Source: an uncultured delta proteobacterium (GTDB lineage Bacteria; Myxococcota_A; Polyangia; Polyangiales; Polyangiaceae). Taken from it: a stretch of DNA of 64,000 bases. A program made the translations under genes and the position numbers. This document shows positions 21,294-30,892 of this stretch, in pieces. The notes beneath the pieces were generated by a model that was not told where the DNA came from, did not search any database, and was given only the letters and a program-made list of their open reading frames with translations. The stretch covers positions 384,001-448,000 of the forward strand of contig CAWDXG010000004.1 of NCBI GenBank assembly GCA_963806225.1. The letters are read 5' to 3'. The stretch's first letter is position 1. Every line of letters starts with the position of its first letter.

Positions 21294-22547
21294 ATGCGTG
21301 CAGTTTTGCTTGGGCTTCTGGGCAGTGTTGGAGTCGCTTGCCTGCTTTCGGCCTGCGGCGGCAAGACGACCGATCTCTTCGCCAGTGGTGGCGCGGCCGG
21401 TGTGGCCGGAACGGGGACGGGAGGGAGCGGCGGCGCGAGCGGCGGCAGCGGCGGAGCGACGGGTGGCAGCGCCGGCGCTGCCGGAGCGGGCGGAGCCACG
21501 GGCGGCGCAGCCGGGACGGGAGGCAGCGGCGGTTGCGCGAATCCCCAGCCCGAGAAGGACTACGATGGCGACGGGTTCACGGCGGCACAGGGCGACTGCG
21601 ACGAGTGTGCAGCAGGCACCAACCCCGGCGCGTACGACGTCCCCGGCGACGGCGTGGACCAGGACTGCGACGGCAAGGCCGACGACGAGCCCACCGGATG
21701 CGACGCGTCGATCGGCAGCATCGACGAATCCGATCCGGTCAAGGCCGCGTACGCCATCGGCTTGTGCCGCATGGCGAACGACAAGAGCTGGGGCCTGGTC
21801 AGCGCCAAGTACGTCATGGCGGACGGCACCACCGGCATGAACGCTCTTTCGCACGGCATCCTGTCCGACTTCGGTCCGAACGTGAAGGCGCGCGAGGGCA
21901 CGCAGCTGCTCGCGCTGTCCTCCGGCACGGCGCGGCGCCCGAGCGACCCCGGCTACCAGTCTCCGGCGGGCGCGAACATGGGCACGAGCTCGCAGATGCC
22001 CACGGGCTTTCCGGTTGCGACGCCGTTCTGTCCGACCACGGCGGCCACAGGCACCACCGCCAACGATCCGGCGGCGCTCGACGTGGTGGTGCGCGTGCCC
22101 ACCAACATGCAGAGCTTCTCGGTCGACTTCGACTACTATAGCTTCGAGTTCCCGACCTACGTCTGCACGCAATACAACGACAGCTTCGCGCTCCTGCAGG
22201 CGCCGGCGCCTGCTGTCAGCGTAGCCGGCTCGATCGCTTTCGATGGCGACAAGGACGCGCTCGCCGTCAACAACAAGCTTCTCGGCGTGTGCGCGCCGCA
22301 GACCACCGGCGGCGCGACGTTCGCCTGTCCGCGCGGCGACACCGAGCTCACCGGCACCGGTTTCGAGAGCCACGGAGCCACCGGCTGGCTCACGACGCGC
22401 TCGCCGATGAAGCCGGGCAGCGAGGTGACGCTGCGCTTCGCGATCTGGGACGCCGGCGACAGCGTCCTCGACTCCACGGTGCTGGTCGACAACTTCCGCT
22501 GGCACGCCGATCCGGTCGTGGCGCCCAGTACCGGTCCGGCTCAGTAG
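21294..22547 (+). CDS. Lipoprotein with Gly linker, MopE-like metal-binding motif and choice-of-anchor L-like domain
   Basis: Lipobox LSAC; DGDGF...DCD...NPGA...DGVDQDCDG; ALSSG, SFEFPTYVCTQYNDSF, AIWDAGDSVLDSTVLVDNF. Confidence 0.82.
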   Translation: MRAVLLGLLGSVGVACLLSACGGKTTDLFASGGAAGVAGTGTGGSGGASGGSGGATGGSAGAAGAGGATGGAAGTGGSGGCANPQPEKDYDGDGFTAAQGDCDECAAGTNPGAYDVPGDGVDQDCDGKADDEPTGCDASIGSIDESDPVKAAYAIGLCRMANDKSWGLVSAKYVMADGTTGMNALSHGILSDFGPNVKAREGTQLLALSSGTARRPSDPGYQSPAGANMGTSSQMPTGFPVATPFCPTTAATGTTANDPAALDVVVRVPTNMQSFSVDFDYYSFEFPTYVCTQYNDSFALLQAPAPAVSVAGSIAFDGDKDALAVNNKLLGVCAPQTTGGATFACPRGDTELTGTGFESHGATGWLTTRSPMKPGSEVTLRFAIWDAGDSVLDSTVLVDNFRWHADPVVAPSTGPAQ

Positions 22548-22627
22548 ATTCCCGATACTCGCTCACGCCTCTGCGCGGAGGGCCCACGCCCCCGCACCGT
22601 CAGAGCCCCGGCGGGGGTTGGGGCGGC

Positions 22628-22897
22628 ATGCCGAAGGAGTCCGGAAAGCACGCGACATCACTGCAGGAGACAGCGGCGTACTCCCCGCCGGGCGGCTCAC
22701 ACAAGTGCATCAACTGCCAGCCTATCGGGCAAAGTTGCACTGCGGGGCGCGGTCAATGCTGTTCGAACGCCTGTAACGTCAAGAACAAGTGCAACTGCGT
22801 CATCAGTGGGCAGTACGCGCTCGGCGTCGGCCCCCAGGGCGAGGAATGGAAGATTTGCTGCTCGCAGAAGATGGGGTCGGATGGGAAATGCCTGTGA
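22628..22897 (+). CDS. Small Cys-rich protein or fragment with knottin-like C-C-CC-C-C spacing
   Basis: CQPIGQSCTAGRGQCCSNACNVKNKC followed by a second partial C...CC...C module; no signal peptide. Confidence 0.45.
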   Translation: MPKESGKHATSLQETAAYSPPGGSHKCINCQPIGQSCTAGRGQCCSNACNVKNKCNCVISGQYALGVGPQGEEWKICCSQKMGSDGKCL

Positions 22898-23182
22898 CGA
22901 GCTGGCTCTTCGACAGCCGGCGCTCGGACTTGGCCGGTGGCGGGCGACAGCACCTCGCACAGCGCTGCCGTGACGGAACTGCGGCGCCTTGACGGTTCCT
23001 CCGAGCTGTCTGGTATGGATTGAACGTGGACGACAAGCCGCAGAGTTCCCCTCGTCCTGTTGCGCCGGTCGCTGGCTGCCCTGTTTCTCGGCGCCACGCT
23101 CTGGCTTGTGTACGAGATGAGCCAGTTGCCGACCTCGGACAACTATCAATTCCGCGTGATCGTCCACTGACGCCGCGCCGCC

Positions 23183-23337
23183 GTGCAGCGCGTCAGCTCC
23201 GACCTGCGCTTGAATCCCCACTTCCACCTGGATGGGGTGTTCGCCTAGGACGAGGCCGGCGAGCTGCCGTTCCACGCACTGCCGCACCTCACCAACGACG
23301 ACGTCGCCGACCTCTTGCAGATCGCGCGGGCGCGCCC
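23183..23337 (+). mobile_element. IS91-family (rolling-circle, HUH) transposase remnant 1
   Basis: VQRVSSDLRLNPHFHLDGVFA*DEAGELPFHALPHLTNDDVADLLQIARAR; HUH motif HFH; internal TAG at 23246. Confidence 0.7.
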
Positions 23338-23456
23338 CGCGCTGCGCGGCCGGGAACGCGGCTCGCGACGGCGGAGCCACCCCCGCCGCCGGCGTGTTTT
23401 CCTGCCTGACGCGCGCATCCCCGGGCCGGCGCTGGCGGTCGGAGGACCGCCGTCGC

Positions 23457-24296
23457 TCAGGAGCTGGAGTTCCTGGGGGGACGCAGCGTCCGCAGCGACG
23501 GCGGGCGCGAGCCGTCGAGGTCGGTGAAGCCGTACTCCTCGGCGAGCTCGGCCACCACCAGGGCCTTCCCGGTTCGGGAAAGCAGGTCGGGGTCTGCCGC
23601 CAGGGCTGCCACGGCGCGGCCACTGAACTGGGGCGTCTCGCCCTGGGCGGTATCGAAGGGGAGACGCTCGGGCTCCAGGAGCAGACGCTCGGTCTTGACG
23701 ATGCCGGGCCAGATGGAGACCACGGTCACACCGTAGGGCTGGAGATCGCGTGCGGCGTCCCGCGACAGGCGATCCGCGCCGGCCTTGCCCACGCCGTAGG
23801 CGACGTTGACCGAAGTGATCTTGGCGCCGAAGGACGAGACGTTCACGATCAGGCCGCGGCGAGCCGCGGCCATGCGCCGGGCGGCGAAGACCGACGCGAC
23901 ATAGTGCGAGCGCAGCCCGACGCCGTGCATCGTGTCCCAGAAGGAGATGGGCTGCTCCCAGAAAGGATCGCCCATGAGCTTGCCCTCGGGGATGGCGAAG
24001 GCGTTGTTCACCAGGACGTCGAGGCGCCCGGCCTCGTCGTCGATGCGGGCGAACAGGGCCTCCACCTCGTCGTCGCGGGCGTGGTCCACGCGCACCGGGA
24101 TCCCGCGGCCCCCGAGCGCGGTCACGGCTTCGGCGGTCTCGCCGATGGTGCCGGGGAGACGGCCCGGAGTCGTGGAGCGCCCCGTGACGTAGACCGTGGC
24201 CCCGGCCTCGCCGAGGCCCAGGGCGATCCCCCGACCCACACCCCGGCTCGCGCCGGTCACCACTGCAACCCTGCCTGTGAGGTCCGGAGTCGCCAT
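23457..24296 (-). CDS. SDR family oxidoreductase (DHRS1-like)
   Basis: TGASRGVGRG, LDVLVNNA, NVSS, YGVGK, SIWPGIVKTE, GETPQFSGRAV. Confidence 0.92.
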   Translation of the reverse strand: MATPDLTGRVAVVTGASRGVGRGIALGLGEAGATVYVTGRSTTPGRLPGTIGETAEAVTALGGRGIPVRVDHARDDEVEALFARIDDEAGRLDVLVNNAFAIPEGKLMGDPFWEQPISFWDTMHGVGLRSHYVASVFAARRMAAARRGLIVNVSSFGAKITSVNVAYGVGKAGADRLSRDAARDLQPYGVTVVSIWPGIVKTERLLLEPERLPFDTAQGETPQFSGRAVAALAADPDLLSRTGKALVVAELAEEYGFTDLDGSRPPSLRTLRPPRNSSS

Positions 24297-24298
24297 GG

Positions 24299-25449
24299 CT
24301 AGAGCATCGCCACGTCGGTGTCGAGACCGAGCAGCACGCGGCCTACCAGAGAGGTGGAGGCGGGGCTCACCATGATGTGTTGGGTGGCGACGTGGATGTC
24401 GCGGAAGTGCCGCTGCAGCGGGTGGCGGGCGTACACCGAGGTTCCTCCGCCGGCCTCGTACATGAGATCGACCGCGGCGGCCGACTCCGTCACGGCGTGG
24501 CTGGCGGCGAGGCGGAGCCGGGCCCGGGCCTGCACCGAGGCGGCCCCGTCCTGCTCCGTCTCGGCAACGGCCTGGGCAGCAGCGTCGTCGAGGAACGCCC
24601 GGGCGGCGGCCACCTTCGCCTCGGCGCGCGCCACGGCAAGCTGGATCCCCTCACGGTGCGCCAGGCTGCGCCCGGACCCTTGCGGCTGCTTGCCGCCGGC
24701 CAGCGCCACCAGCGCGTCGACCGAGGCGCGGGCGACGCCCAGGGCGACGGCAGCGATGCCGGAGGCGAGGACGCCGTAGAAGGGCAGAGCGAAGATCGGA
24801 CTCGACTCGCGAGGCCAATCGGCGAGGAGCGAGAAGCTGCGGGCGGCCGGGACGAACACGTCGGACACTTCGAGAATCGTGGCTGCCGGTGCCGCGCAGG
24901 CCGCTGGCGTCCCAGGTGTCCACCACGCGGGCCTCGTCCGCGGAAAACAGCATGTGCCGCACCTCGTCCTGCCCCTCGATCTTCGCTCCGCCCATGCGCC
25001 ACTGCGAGTGCTGGCAGCCGCTGGCGAACGGCCAGCGCCCCGACACGCGGTAGCCCCCGTCCGCCGGGACGGCTCGGCCGAAGGGGGCGAAGACGCCGCA
25101 GGTGACGGCGTCGGGCGGCCCGTCAGACGCGTCGGGAGACGTCGGGGTCCAGAAAGCCGGACATCAATCCCGAGCTGGCGCCGATCATGGCGCACCATCC
25201 GGCAGAACCGTCGGCGTGGCCAATCTCCTCGAGCACCGCGACGAGGGTCCCGAGCGAGGCCTCGGCGCCGCCCAGCGACGCCGGAACCAGGAGCTTGAAG
25301 ACCCCCGCCTCGACTAGTGCTCCTACCGCTTCGGGGGGAAGGCGCCGCTCGGCCTCGATGCGGGCCGACAGCGGGGCGATGACCTCACCCGCCCGCCGGG
25401 CCCGTTCCACGAGAGCGGCGTGGGCGCCGCCATCACCTGCAAAGGACAT
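24299..25449 (-). CDS. Acyl-CoA dehydrogenase family / flavin-dependent monooxygenase oxygenase subunit, frameshifted near 25125 and 24875
   Basis: ERRLP...LVPASLGG...DGSAGW; VSGRWPFASGC; WDASGLRGTGSHD; GGTSVY...LQRHFRDIH spread over three frames. Confidence 0.8.
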
Positions 25450-25531
25450 GGGTCATGTCTAGGGCGCTCTGCAGGGGCAAGGCAAGGGCGATGGCTTCGG
25501 CGTCGGCCCTTCGAGCGGCCCACCGCCTTCG

Positions 25532-26539
25532 TCAGGGCGTCCCGGAAATCGCGCGGATCGCGAGATAGGTGATCACGGCGATCAGCGCGGCCGCGGGGAT
25601 CGTGAAGATCCACGCCCACACGATGCGGCCGGCCACGCCCCAGCGCACCGCGCTCAGCCGGCGCTCCGCCGTACCGACGCCGACGATCGAACCAGTGATG
25701 GTGTGGGTCGTGGAAACCGGCACACCCAGGAACGTGGCCAAGGCCAGCGTGATCGAGCCCGCTGTCTCGGCGCAGAAGCCGCCGACCGGGCGGAGCTTCG
25801 TGATCTTCATGCCCATCGTCTTCACGATGCGCCAGCCGCCGGACAGCGTGCCGAGGGCCATCGCCGCCTGGCACGCGAGCACGACCCATATCTGCGGCGT
25901 CACATGCGACGTCTTCTGCTGCAGGCCGGCGGCGATCAAGAGCACGGTGATGATGCCCATCGTCTTCTGCGCGTCGTTGCCGCCGTGCCCCAGCGAGTAG
26001 AACGCCGCCGACACGAGCTGACCGCGCCTGAAGAAGCGATCCACGCGCGCGGGCCGCGCCTGTGCCAGCACCCAGCGCACCAGCCTCATCAGAAGCCAGC
26101 CGAGGAGCATGCCCAGCATCGGCGCGAGCACGATGAACAACACCACCTTGCCGAAGACGGCTGCGTTGAGGATCGACAGCCGCGGCGTGTGCGCGAGGGC
26201 GGCGCCGGCGAAGGCGCCCATCAGCGCATGCGAGGACGAGGACGGCAGGCCCGACCACCAGGTCACGAGGTTCCACGCGATCGCCCCGACCAGGGTGGCG
26301 AGGATCACGTTGTTGGTCACCGCCGTGAGCTCGACACCCTTGGCGATCGCGGACGAGACGTTGCTCGGGTAGACCAGGAACGCCACGAAGTTGAACACCG
26401 CGGCCCAGACCACCGCAGCACGGGGCGACAACACGCGGGTGGACACCACCGTCGCGATCGAGTTCGCCGCGTCATGGAAGCCGTTGCTGAAGTCGAAAAC
26501 GAGCGCAATGAGGATGATGACGGCGAGGTACGCGGTCAT
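25532..26539 (-). CDS. Inorganic phosphate transporter, PiT family
   Basis: NGFHDAANSIATVVST, GLPSSSSHAL, HGGNDAQKTMG, PVSTTH. Confidence 0.95.
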   Translation of the reverse strand: MTAYLAVIILIALVFDFSNGFHDAANSIATVVSTRVLSPRAAVVWAAVFNFVAFLVYPSNVSSAIAKGVELTAVTNNVILATLVGAIAWNLVTWWSGLPSSSSHALMGAFAGAALAHTPRLSILNAAVFGKVVLFIVLAPMLGMLLGWLLMRLVRWVLAQARPARVDRFFRRGQLVSAAFYSLGHGGNDAQKTMGIITVLLIAAGLQQKTSHVTPQIWVVLACQAAMALGTLSGGWRIVKTMGMKITKLRPVGGFCAETAGSITLALATFLGVPVSTTHTITGSIVGVGTAERRLSAVRWGVAGRIVWAWIFTIPAAALIAVITYLAIRAISGTP

Positions 26540-27156
26540 CACGCATGCTCCAGCACGATCCCCTCGATGATGTTCGCCACGTCCTCGGCGCGGTCCGTCG
26601 CCGTTTCCATCGACTCCAGGATGTCGCGCCAGCGCATCACTTCCATGGGCTCTTTCTCTTCCTTGAAGAGACGCGCCACTGCACGCCGGTAGATCACGTC
26701 CGCCTGGTGCTCGTGCGCGTTGATGGAGACGCACAGATCGAGCACCGGCTTCGGGTCCTTCAGGTTCTTGAGTTGCGCGACCGCCTTGGCCACGTCCCGG
26801 GCGGCTGCGCAGAGGCTGTCGGCAAGCTCGAGCGCTTCGGGCCGTGCCGCACGGATCTCGTAGAGCAGGACCCAGTCGCTGGCCGCCTCGACGAAGTCCA
26901 GCACGTCGTCGAGCGCGCAGATGAGCGCGTGGATCTCCTCGCGGTCGAGCGGCGTGATCCAGGTCTGGTGCAGGGCGGTGACCGTCTCGTGCGTGATGCG
27001 GTCGCCCTCCTTCTCGGCCTGGGTGATCTCGCCGGCGAGGTCCTTCACCTTCGCCGGGTCGTCGAACATTGCCTTCAGCTTTCCAGTAGCGCGGACCGTG
27101 AGGTCCGCGTGCGACTGGAACGCCGTCCAGAACACCGCATCACGGGTGAGAGCCAT
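26539..27156 (-). CDS. DUF47 phosphate transport regulator
   Basis: EKEGDRI...TWITPLDREEI...LDDVLD; EHQAD...LF; TDRAEDVANIIEGI; TGATG coupling to the PiT gene. Confidence 0.92.
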   Translation of the reverse strand: MALTRDAVFWTAFQSHADLTVRATGKLKAMFDDPAKVKDLAGEITQAEKEGDRITHETVTALHQTWITPLDREEIHALICALDDVLDFVEAASDWVLLYEIRAARPEALELADSLCAAARDVAKAVAQLKNLKDPKPVLDLCVSINAHEHQADVIYRRAVARLFKEEKEPMEVMRWRDILESMETATDRAEDVANIIEGIVLEHA

Positions 27157-27294
27157 GGCAGCCGGTGCGGATGAAACCGGCGGCCCCCCGCCGGGTCAAG
27201 GAAAAGCAACGTCGGCGTGACAGGCGCCTGTTGTCGCGCGCGGGTCAGCGTCTTCCGCCCAGGTGGGGGCCGCCGCCGGCGTGACGGGAACGCG

Positions 27295-27560
27295 CTACGT
27301 CTTCCAGGGCTCGACGTTGATCGCCTGCCGCGCGGGGCGAGCGTGCATACGCTGGTACCAGGCGTCGAACGCCGGATACGTGGCTTGGGGCAAGCCGACC
27401 CGGCGGAAGTAGATGGTCATCGCGATCACCGAGAGGTCTGCGAGCGTGGGCGCGTCGCCTGCCAGGTAGGGCCGCTCGCCGAGGTGAGCGTCCAGGTGGC
27501 GGAGCAGCCCCTCGAGCTCCCGATCCTTCCATGCCGTCCGCGGCAGGAGCTGCAAAGCGC
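27295..27560 (-). pseudogene. Glutathione S-transferase C-terminal fragment
   Basis: LRHLDAHLGERPYLAGDAPTLADLS...YPAFDAWYQRMHARPA; no N-terminal thioredoxin domain. Confidence 0.7.
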
Positions 27561-27783
27561 AAGCCGGGTCCCAGGCGTGGTTCGGCGCGCGCGCTCCAGG
27601 CGACGTGTGCTCGCGGCTGACGCTCCTTGGTCGTCGGGCGGTGGTCGCACTGCAGGACGAGCCGAAGGACGAGCAGGTTGTGGTCGACACGAGCGCAGCC
27701 AACTTCGAGCAGATTGTAGGGCGAGGAAATCCCACCCCATCCTTGGAAGTGTACGCCGAGCGGCAACCAGCGGACAGTGGCGC

Positions 27784-28020
27784 ATCCACACGCTCGCGCT
27801 GGATGAAGTGTTCGTCGAAGGGAAAGACGGCGAGCTCGCGTTCCACGCGCTGCCGCATCTCGCCAACGACGACGTCGCGGACCTCTTGCAGATCGCGCGC
27901 ACCCGCATCCTCGCGCTGCTGCACCGCAAGGGCGTGCTCGCAGACGACGCCATGGGCGCCGACGCCAAGCTCGGCGAGAGCGAGCCCGCGCTGGCGGAGC
28001 TGGCCGACGCCGCAGGCGAA
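27784..28020 (+). mobile_element. IS91-family transposase remnant 2
   Basis: IHTLALDEVFVEGKDGELAFHALPHLANDDVADLLQIARTRILALLHRKG, a diverged copy of the same segment as remnant 1. Confidence 0.7.
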
Positions 28021-28050
28021 GCCTGCCGGCGCAACTGCGCCCCGGACCGC

Positions 28051-28177
28051 GCCGCCCAGATGGAGAGGGCGTGAGCCGGCGACGAACACCGCCGCGCAGT
28101 CGCCGAGATGGAGAGGAATCGAGCCGGCTGCAAACAATCCCGGCACAGCCGCCCAGATTGAGAGGACTTGAGCCGGC
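28051..28177. repeat. Three degenerate 30-bp direct repeats (period 48-49 bp) next to the tRNA-Leu 3' end
   Basis: gccgcccagatggagagggcgtgagccggc (28051), gtcgccgagatggagaggaatcgagccggc (28099), gccgcccagattgagaggacttgagccggc (28148). Confidence 0.8.
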
Positions 28178-28301
28178 GGCGAATACTTCCGCTAGTGGCC
28201 GAGCTTCACGCTCTATGGACGGCCAAGGTCGGACATGAGGCCGAAGTCCGTCGACCCAAGGAGCGCCTGAGTTTTGACCTGCGACTTCTCGAGATGAACA
28301 G

Positions 28302-28385
28302 TGCGAAGGAGAGGACTTGAACCTCCACGGGAGTTACCCCACTAGAACCTGAATCTAGCGCGTCTGCCAGTTCCGCCACCTTCGC
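28302..28385 (-). tRNA. tRNA-Leu (anticodon CAG), CCA not encoded
   Basis: GCGAAGG/CCTTCGC acceptor stem, D-loop with GG, CTAGA-TTCAGGT-TCTAG anticodon arm, long variable arm, GGAGG-TTCAAGT-CCTCT T-arm. Confidence 0.95.
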
Positions 28386-28537
28386 GAGTGATTTGTGGCC
28401 CACCTTCTGGCCCAGCTTGGGGCAGTTGGCAAGCTCCGGAATCGGACAGGGCGTCTACCTCACCCGGGACCGCTTCGGCAAGGCCTTGTAGAACCCGGCA
28501 AACCCGGCCGGGGGGTCGAACGGCGACGGCACGTGCC

Positions 28538-29098
28538 TCAGGGGGTCGTCCGGGATCGCCGCTGTTCCGGATGCAGGTCCTGCTGGTGCAGCACTGCTTT
28601 TGCGCTGTCGATCAGGCCCTGGGCTGCCCCGGACATGGCGGCCGCAGTGGCCTGGTTGCTCGCGATCCAGAGTGTGCCCTTGGCGTCGGGAAAGCCGACC
28701 ATGGTCAGGTTCTGGCTGTCGTAGGGCCAGTAGCCAGGGTCGGCCGCGAGCTTGGCCGTCTTGTACAGCTTGTCGAGCCGGCCGAAGATCTTCGCCGCCT
28801 TGCCGGCATCCATGCAGCCCTTCCGCTTGGTCTGGACCCCCTGCCCCGACCCCGCCGGACCGGACATCTCGAAGCACCCGCCGCGCCAGGCGCGCATGTG
28901 GCGGCGCTCGGCGCCGCCCTGGGCGCGCCACGACAGCTCGACGACCTCCACCGGCCCGCGACGCTCGGAAGGCGGCGGCGACGGGGACGGAGCGACGTCC
29001 GTCACGGGCGCACTAGGCACCGGAGCGGTACCACCGCAGCCGCCAAGCAGCGCGGCGAGGCCGGCCGCCGAAAGCCATCGCACGACTGTCGAAGCCAT
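28538..29098 (-). CDS. Hypothetical lipoprotein
   Basis: Signal peptide with LGGC lipobox and Pro-rich linker; TACAAT 10 nt upstream of the ATG. Confidence 0.65.
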   Translation of the reverse strand: MASTVVRWLSAAGLAALLGGCGGTAPVPSAPVTDVAPSPSPPPSERRGPVEVVELSWRAQGGAERRHMRAWRGGCFEMSGPAGSGQGVQTKRKGCMDAGKAAKIFGRLDKLYKTAKLAADPGYWPYDSQNLTMVGFPDAKGTLWIASNQATAAAMSGAAQGLIDSAKAVLHQQDLHPEQRRSRTTP

Positions 29099-29120
29099 GG
29101 CGGCCAGCATTGTACACCCA

Positions 29121-29963
29121 CTACCCCCCGAAAATCAGATAACCCGCGCCGCTGATGAAGAAGTTCAGGATGATCACGGCGAGTGACGAGTTGACCACCG
29201 CACGCGTGGTCGCCCAGCCCACGCCCTCGGAACCGCCGAAGGTGCTGAGCCCGCAGTAGCCGCTCACCACGGGGATCGCCGCGCCGTAGGCCAGGCATTT
29301 GGTCAAACCGACCGTCACGTCGCCCACGTCGACCAGGCTCATGTTCATGAAGGTCCGCGGATTGATGTTGAAAAAGGCGTAACCCGTCCACATGCCGGTC
29401 AGGTACGCCACGCAGGCCGCAACCACGACGAGCACCAATGTCATGACCAGGCTCGCGATGAAGCGCGGCTTGATCAGGTAGTCCACCGGGTCGGCCGCAC
29501 ACATGCGCAGGGCGTCGACCTGCTCGGTCACCACCATCGACCCGATCTCGGCGGCGATGCCCGCGCCGACGCGCGTCGCCAGCATCAGCGCGCTGATGCT
29601 CGCCGCCAGGTCGCGCACCAGAAGCTCGAGGAACGTCGCACCCAGCAGGGATAGGTCCGGAACCACGCGGCGCGTCTGCAGGCCCGCCTGGTAGACGAGG
29701 ATCATGCCGATGAAGCCCATCACCACGCACAGGAAGATCAGCGACTTGTTGCCGATCTCGTACATCTGGCGGGACACCGCGCCAGGCTCGCGCACGCCGC
29801 GCACGGTGTAGTACAGCGTCTTGACGAAGACGGAATACAGCTGCTTGCCGGCGTCGACCAGGTCCAGCGCGGCGCCGCCCACCGCAGCAAGACCGGTCCG
29901 CTCCTTCGGCGGCAGTGCCTCTTCGTCGACCGTACCGACGCTGCTGCTCGCGGTCGCCGCCAT
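29121..29963 (-). CDS. MlaE/YrbE family ABC transporter permease
   Basis: RVGAGIAAEIGSMVVTEQVDAL...DPVDYLIKPRF; GGSEGVGWATTRAVV. Confidence 0.92.
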   Translation of the reverse strand: MAATASSSVGTVDEEALPPKERTGLAAVGGAALDLVDAGKQLYSVFVKTLYYTVRGVREPGAVSRQMYEIGNKSLIFLCVVMGFIGMILVYQAGLQTRRVVPDLSLLGATFLELLVRDLAASISALMLATRVGAGIAAEIGSMVVTEQVDALRMCAADPVDYLIKPRFIASLVMTLVLVVVAACVAYLTGMWTGYAFFNINPRTFMNMSLVDVGDVTVGLTKCLAYGAAIPVVSGYCGLSTFGGSEGVGWATTRAVVNSSLAVIILNFFISGAGYLIFGG

Positions 29964-29965
29964 CC

Positions 29966-30763
29966 TCAACCGATCGCGAAGGAGACCAGATAGTCGAGGA
30001 TGAAGATCCCCGCCGCGCTGAACACCACCGTGGCGTTGACCGAACGACCGACGCCCGGTGCTCCGCCGGAGGTCGAGATGCCGAACTGGCAGCTTGCCAG
30101 CGCGATGACGATACCGAACACGATGCTCTTGATCAGTCCCTGGAACACGTCGCCGATGCCCAGCAGACCGGACGTGAGCCCGTTGTAGAAGATCTGCGGC
30201 TCCACACCGAGAATGCCGTAGCCGGCATAGGCCGCGCCGAACAGCGCCAGCACGTCTGCGAAGATGGTCGACAGCAGTAGCGTGACCACGATCCCGATGA
30301 AACGCGGTGTGATCAGGAAGCTCAGCGGATCGATGGCCAGGGCCCTGAGCGCATCGATCTGTTCGGTCACCACCATCGTGCCGAGCTCGGCGGTGTTGTT
30401 GGCCCCGACGCGTCCGGAGATCATCAGCGCCACCAGGAGCGGTCCGATCTCGCGCAGCGTGCCGAAGCCCGCTCCCCAGCCGAGCAACCCCTGCGCGCCG
30501 TAGCGCTCGACGATCGGCGCGGCCTGGATAACCATGATGCCGCCGGTGAACAACGCCGTGACCACGACGATCGGCAGCGATTTCACCGCCATCTTGTACA
30601 TGTTGCGGAGCAGCTCGGCGCGGTCGAAGTCCAGGCGCGCCATGCGCCAGACGACGCGTCCCGCCATCACGCCCATGCCTCCGACCAGCACGGCCGTGTC
30701 GATGAAGAAGGTGCCCAGCGCCGCGAAGGGCGTGGTGACGCGATATGCGATCGTGGACGACAT
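29966..30763 (-). CDS. MlaE/YrbE family ABC transporter permease
   Basis: REIGPLL...GRVGANNTAELGTMVVTEQIDAL...PRF; GGAPGVGRSVNATVV. Confidence 0.92.
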   Translation of the reverse strand: MSSTIAYRVTTPFAALGTFFIDTAVLVGGMGVMAGRVVWRMARLDFDRAELLRNMYKMAVKSLPIVVVTALFTGGIMVIQAAPIVERYGAQGLLGWGAGFGTLREIGPLLVALMISGRVGANNTAELGTMVVTEQIDALRALAIDPLSFLITPRFIGIVVTLLLSTIFADVLALFGAAYAGYGILGVEPQIFYNGLTSGLLGIGDVFQGLIKSIVFGIVIALASCQFGISTSGGAPGVGRSVNATVVFSAAGIFILDYLVSFAIG

Positions 30764-30892
30764 CGAGAAGGCGAAAAGCCCGGTGGCGGATTATACGCGA
30801 GAATCGCCTCGGCCTGCCGCGACCATAGCCCGGTCCCCCCGCGTGCTGTCGACGATCAATCTCCGCGGAGCTATGGTCGCCGATGAACGAGC

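Noticed and set aside
25110..25135. Selenocysteine or readthrough TGA in the acyl-CoA dehydrogenase gene
   Set aside because: Homology continues in a different frame; removing one base restores V-Y-G-P-P-D-A-V-T-C-G-V-F-A-P, so it is an indel.
28051..28177. CRISPR array interpretation of the three 30-bp repeats
   Set aside because: The repeats are degenerate, spacers are only 18-19 bp and partly similar to each other, and no cas genes are in the window.
13000..28300. Intact integrative element with integrase and distal att duplication of the tRNA-Leu 3' end
   Set aside because: No integrase ORF seen, and no distal copy of the tRNA 3' end found by eye; only the adjacent degenerate repeats.
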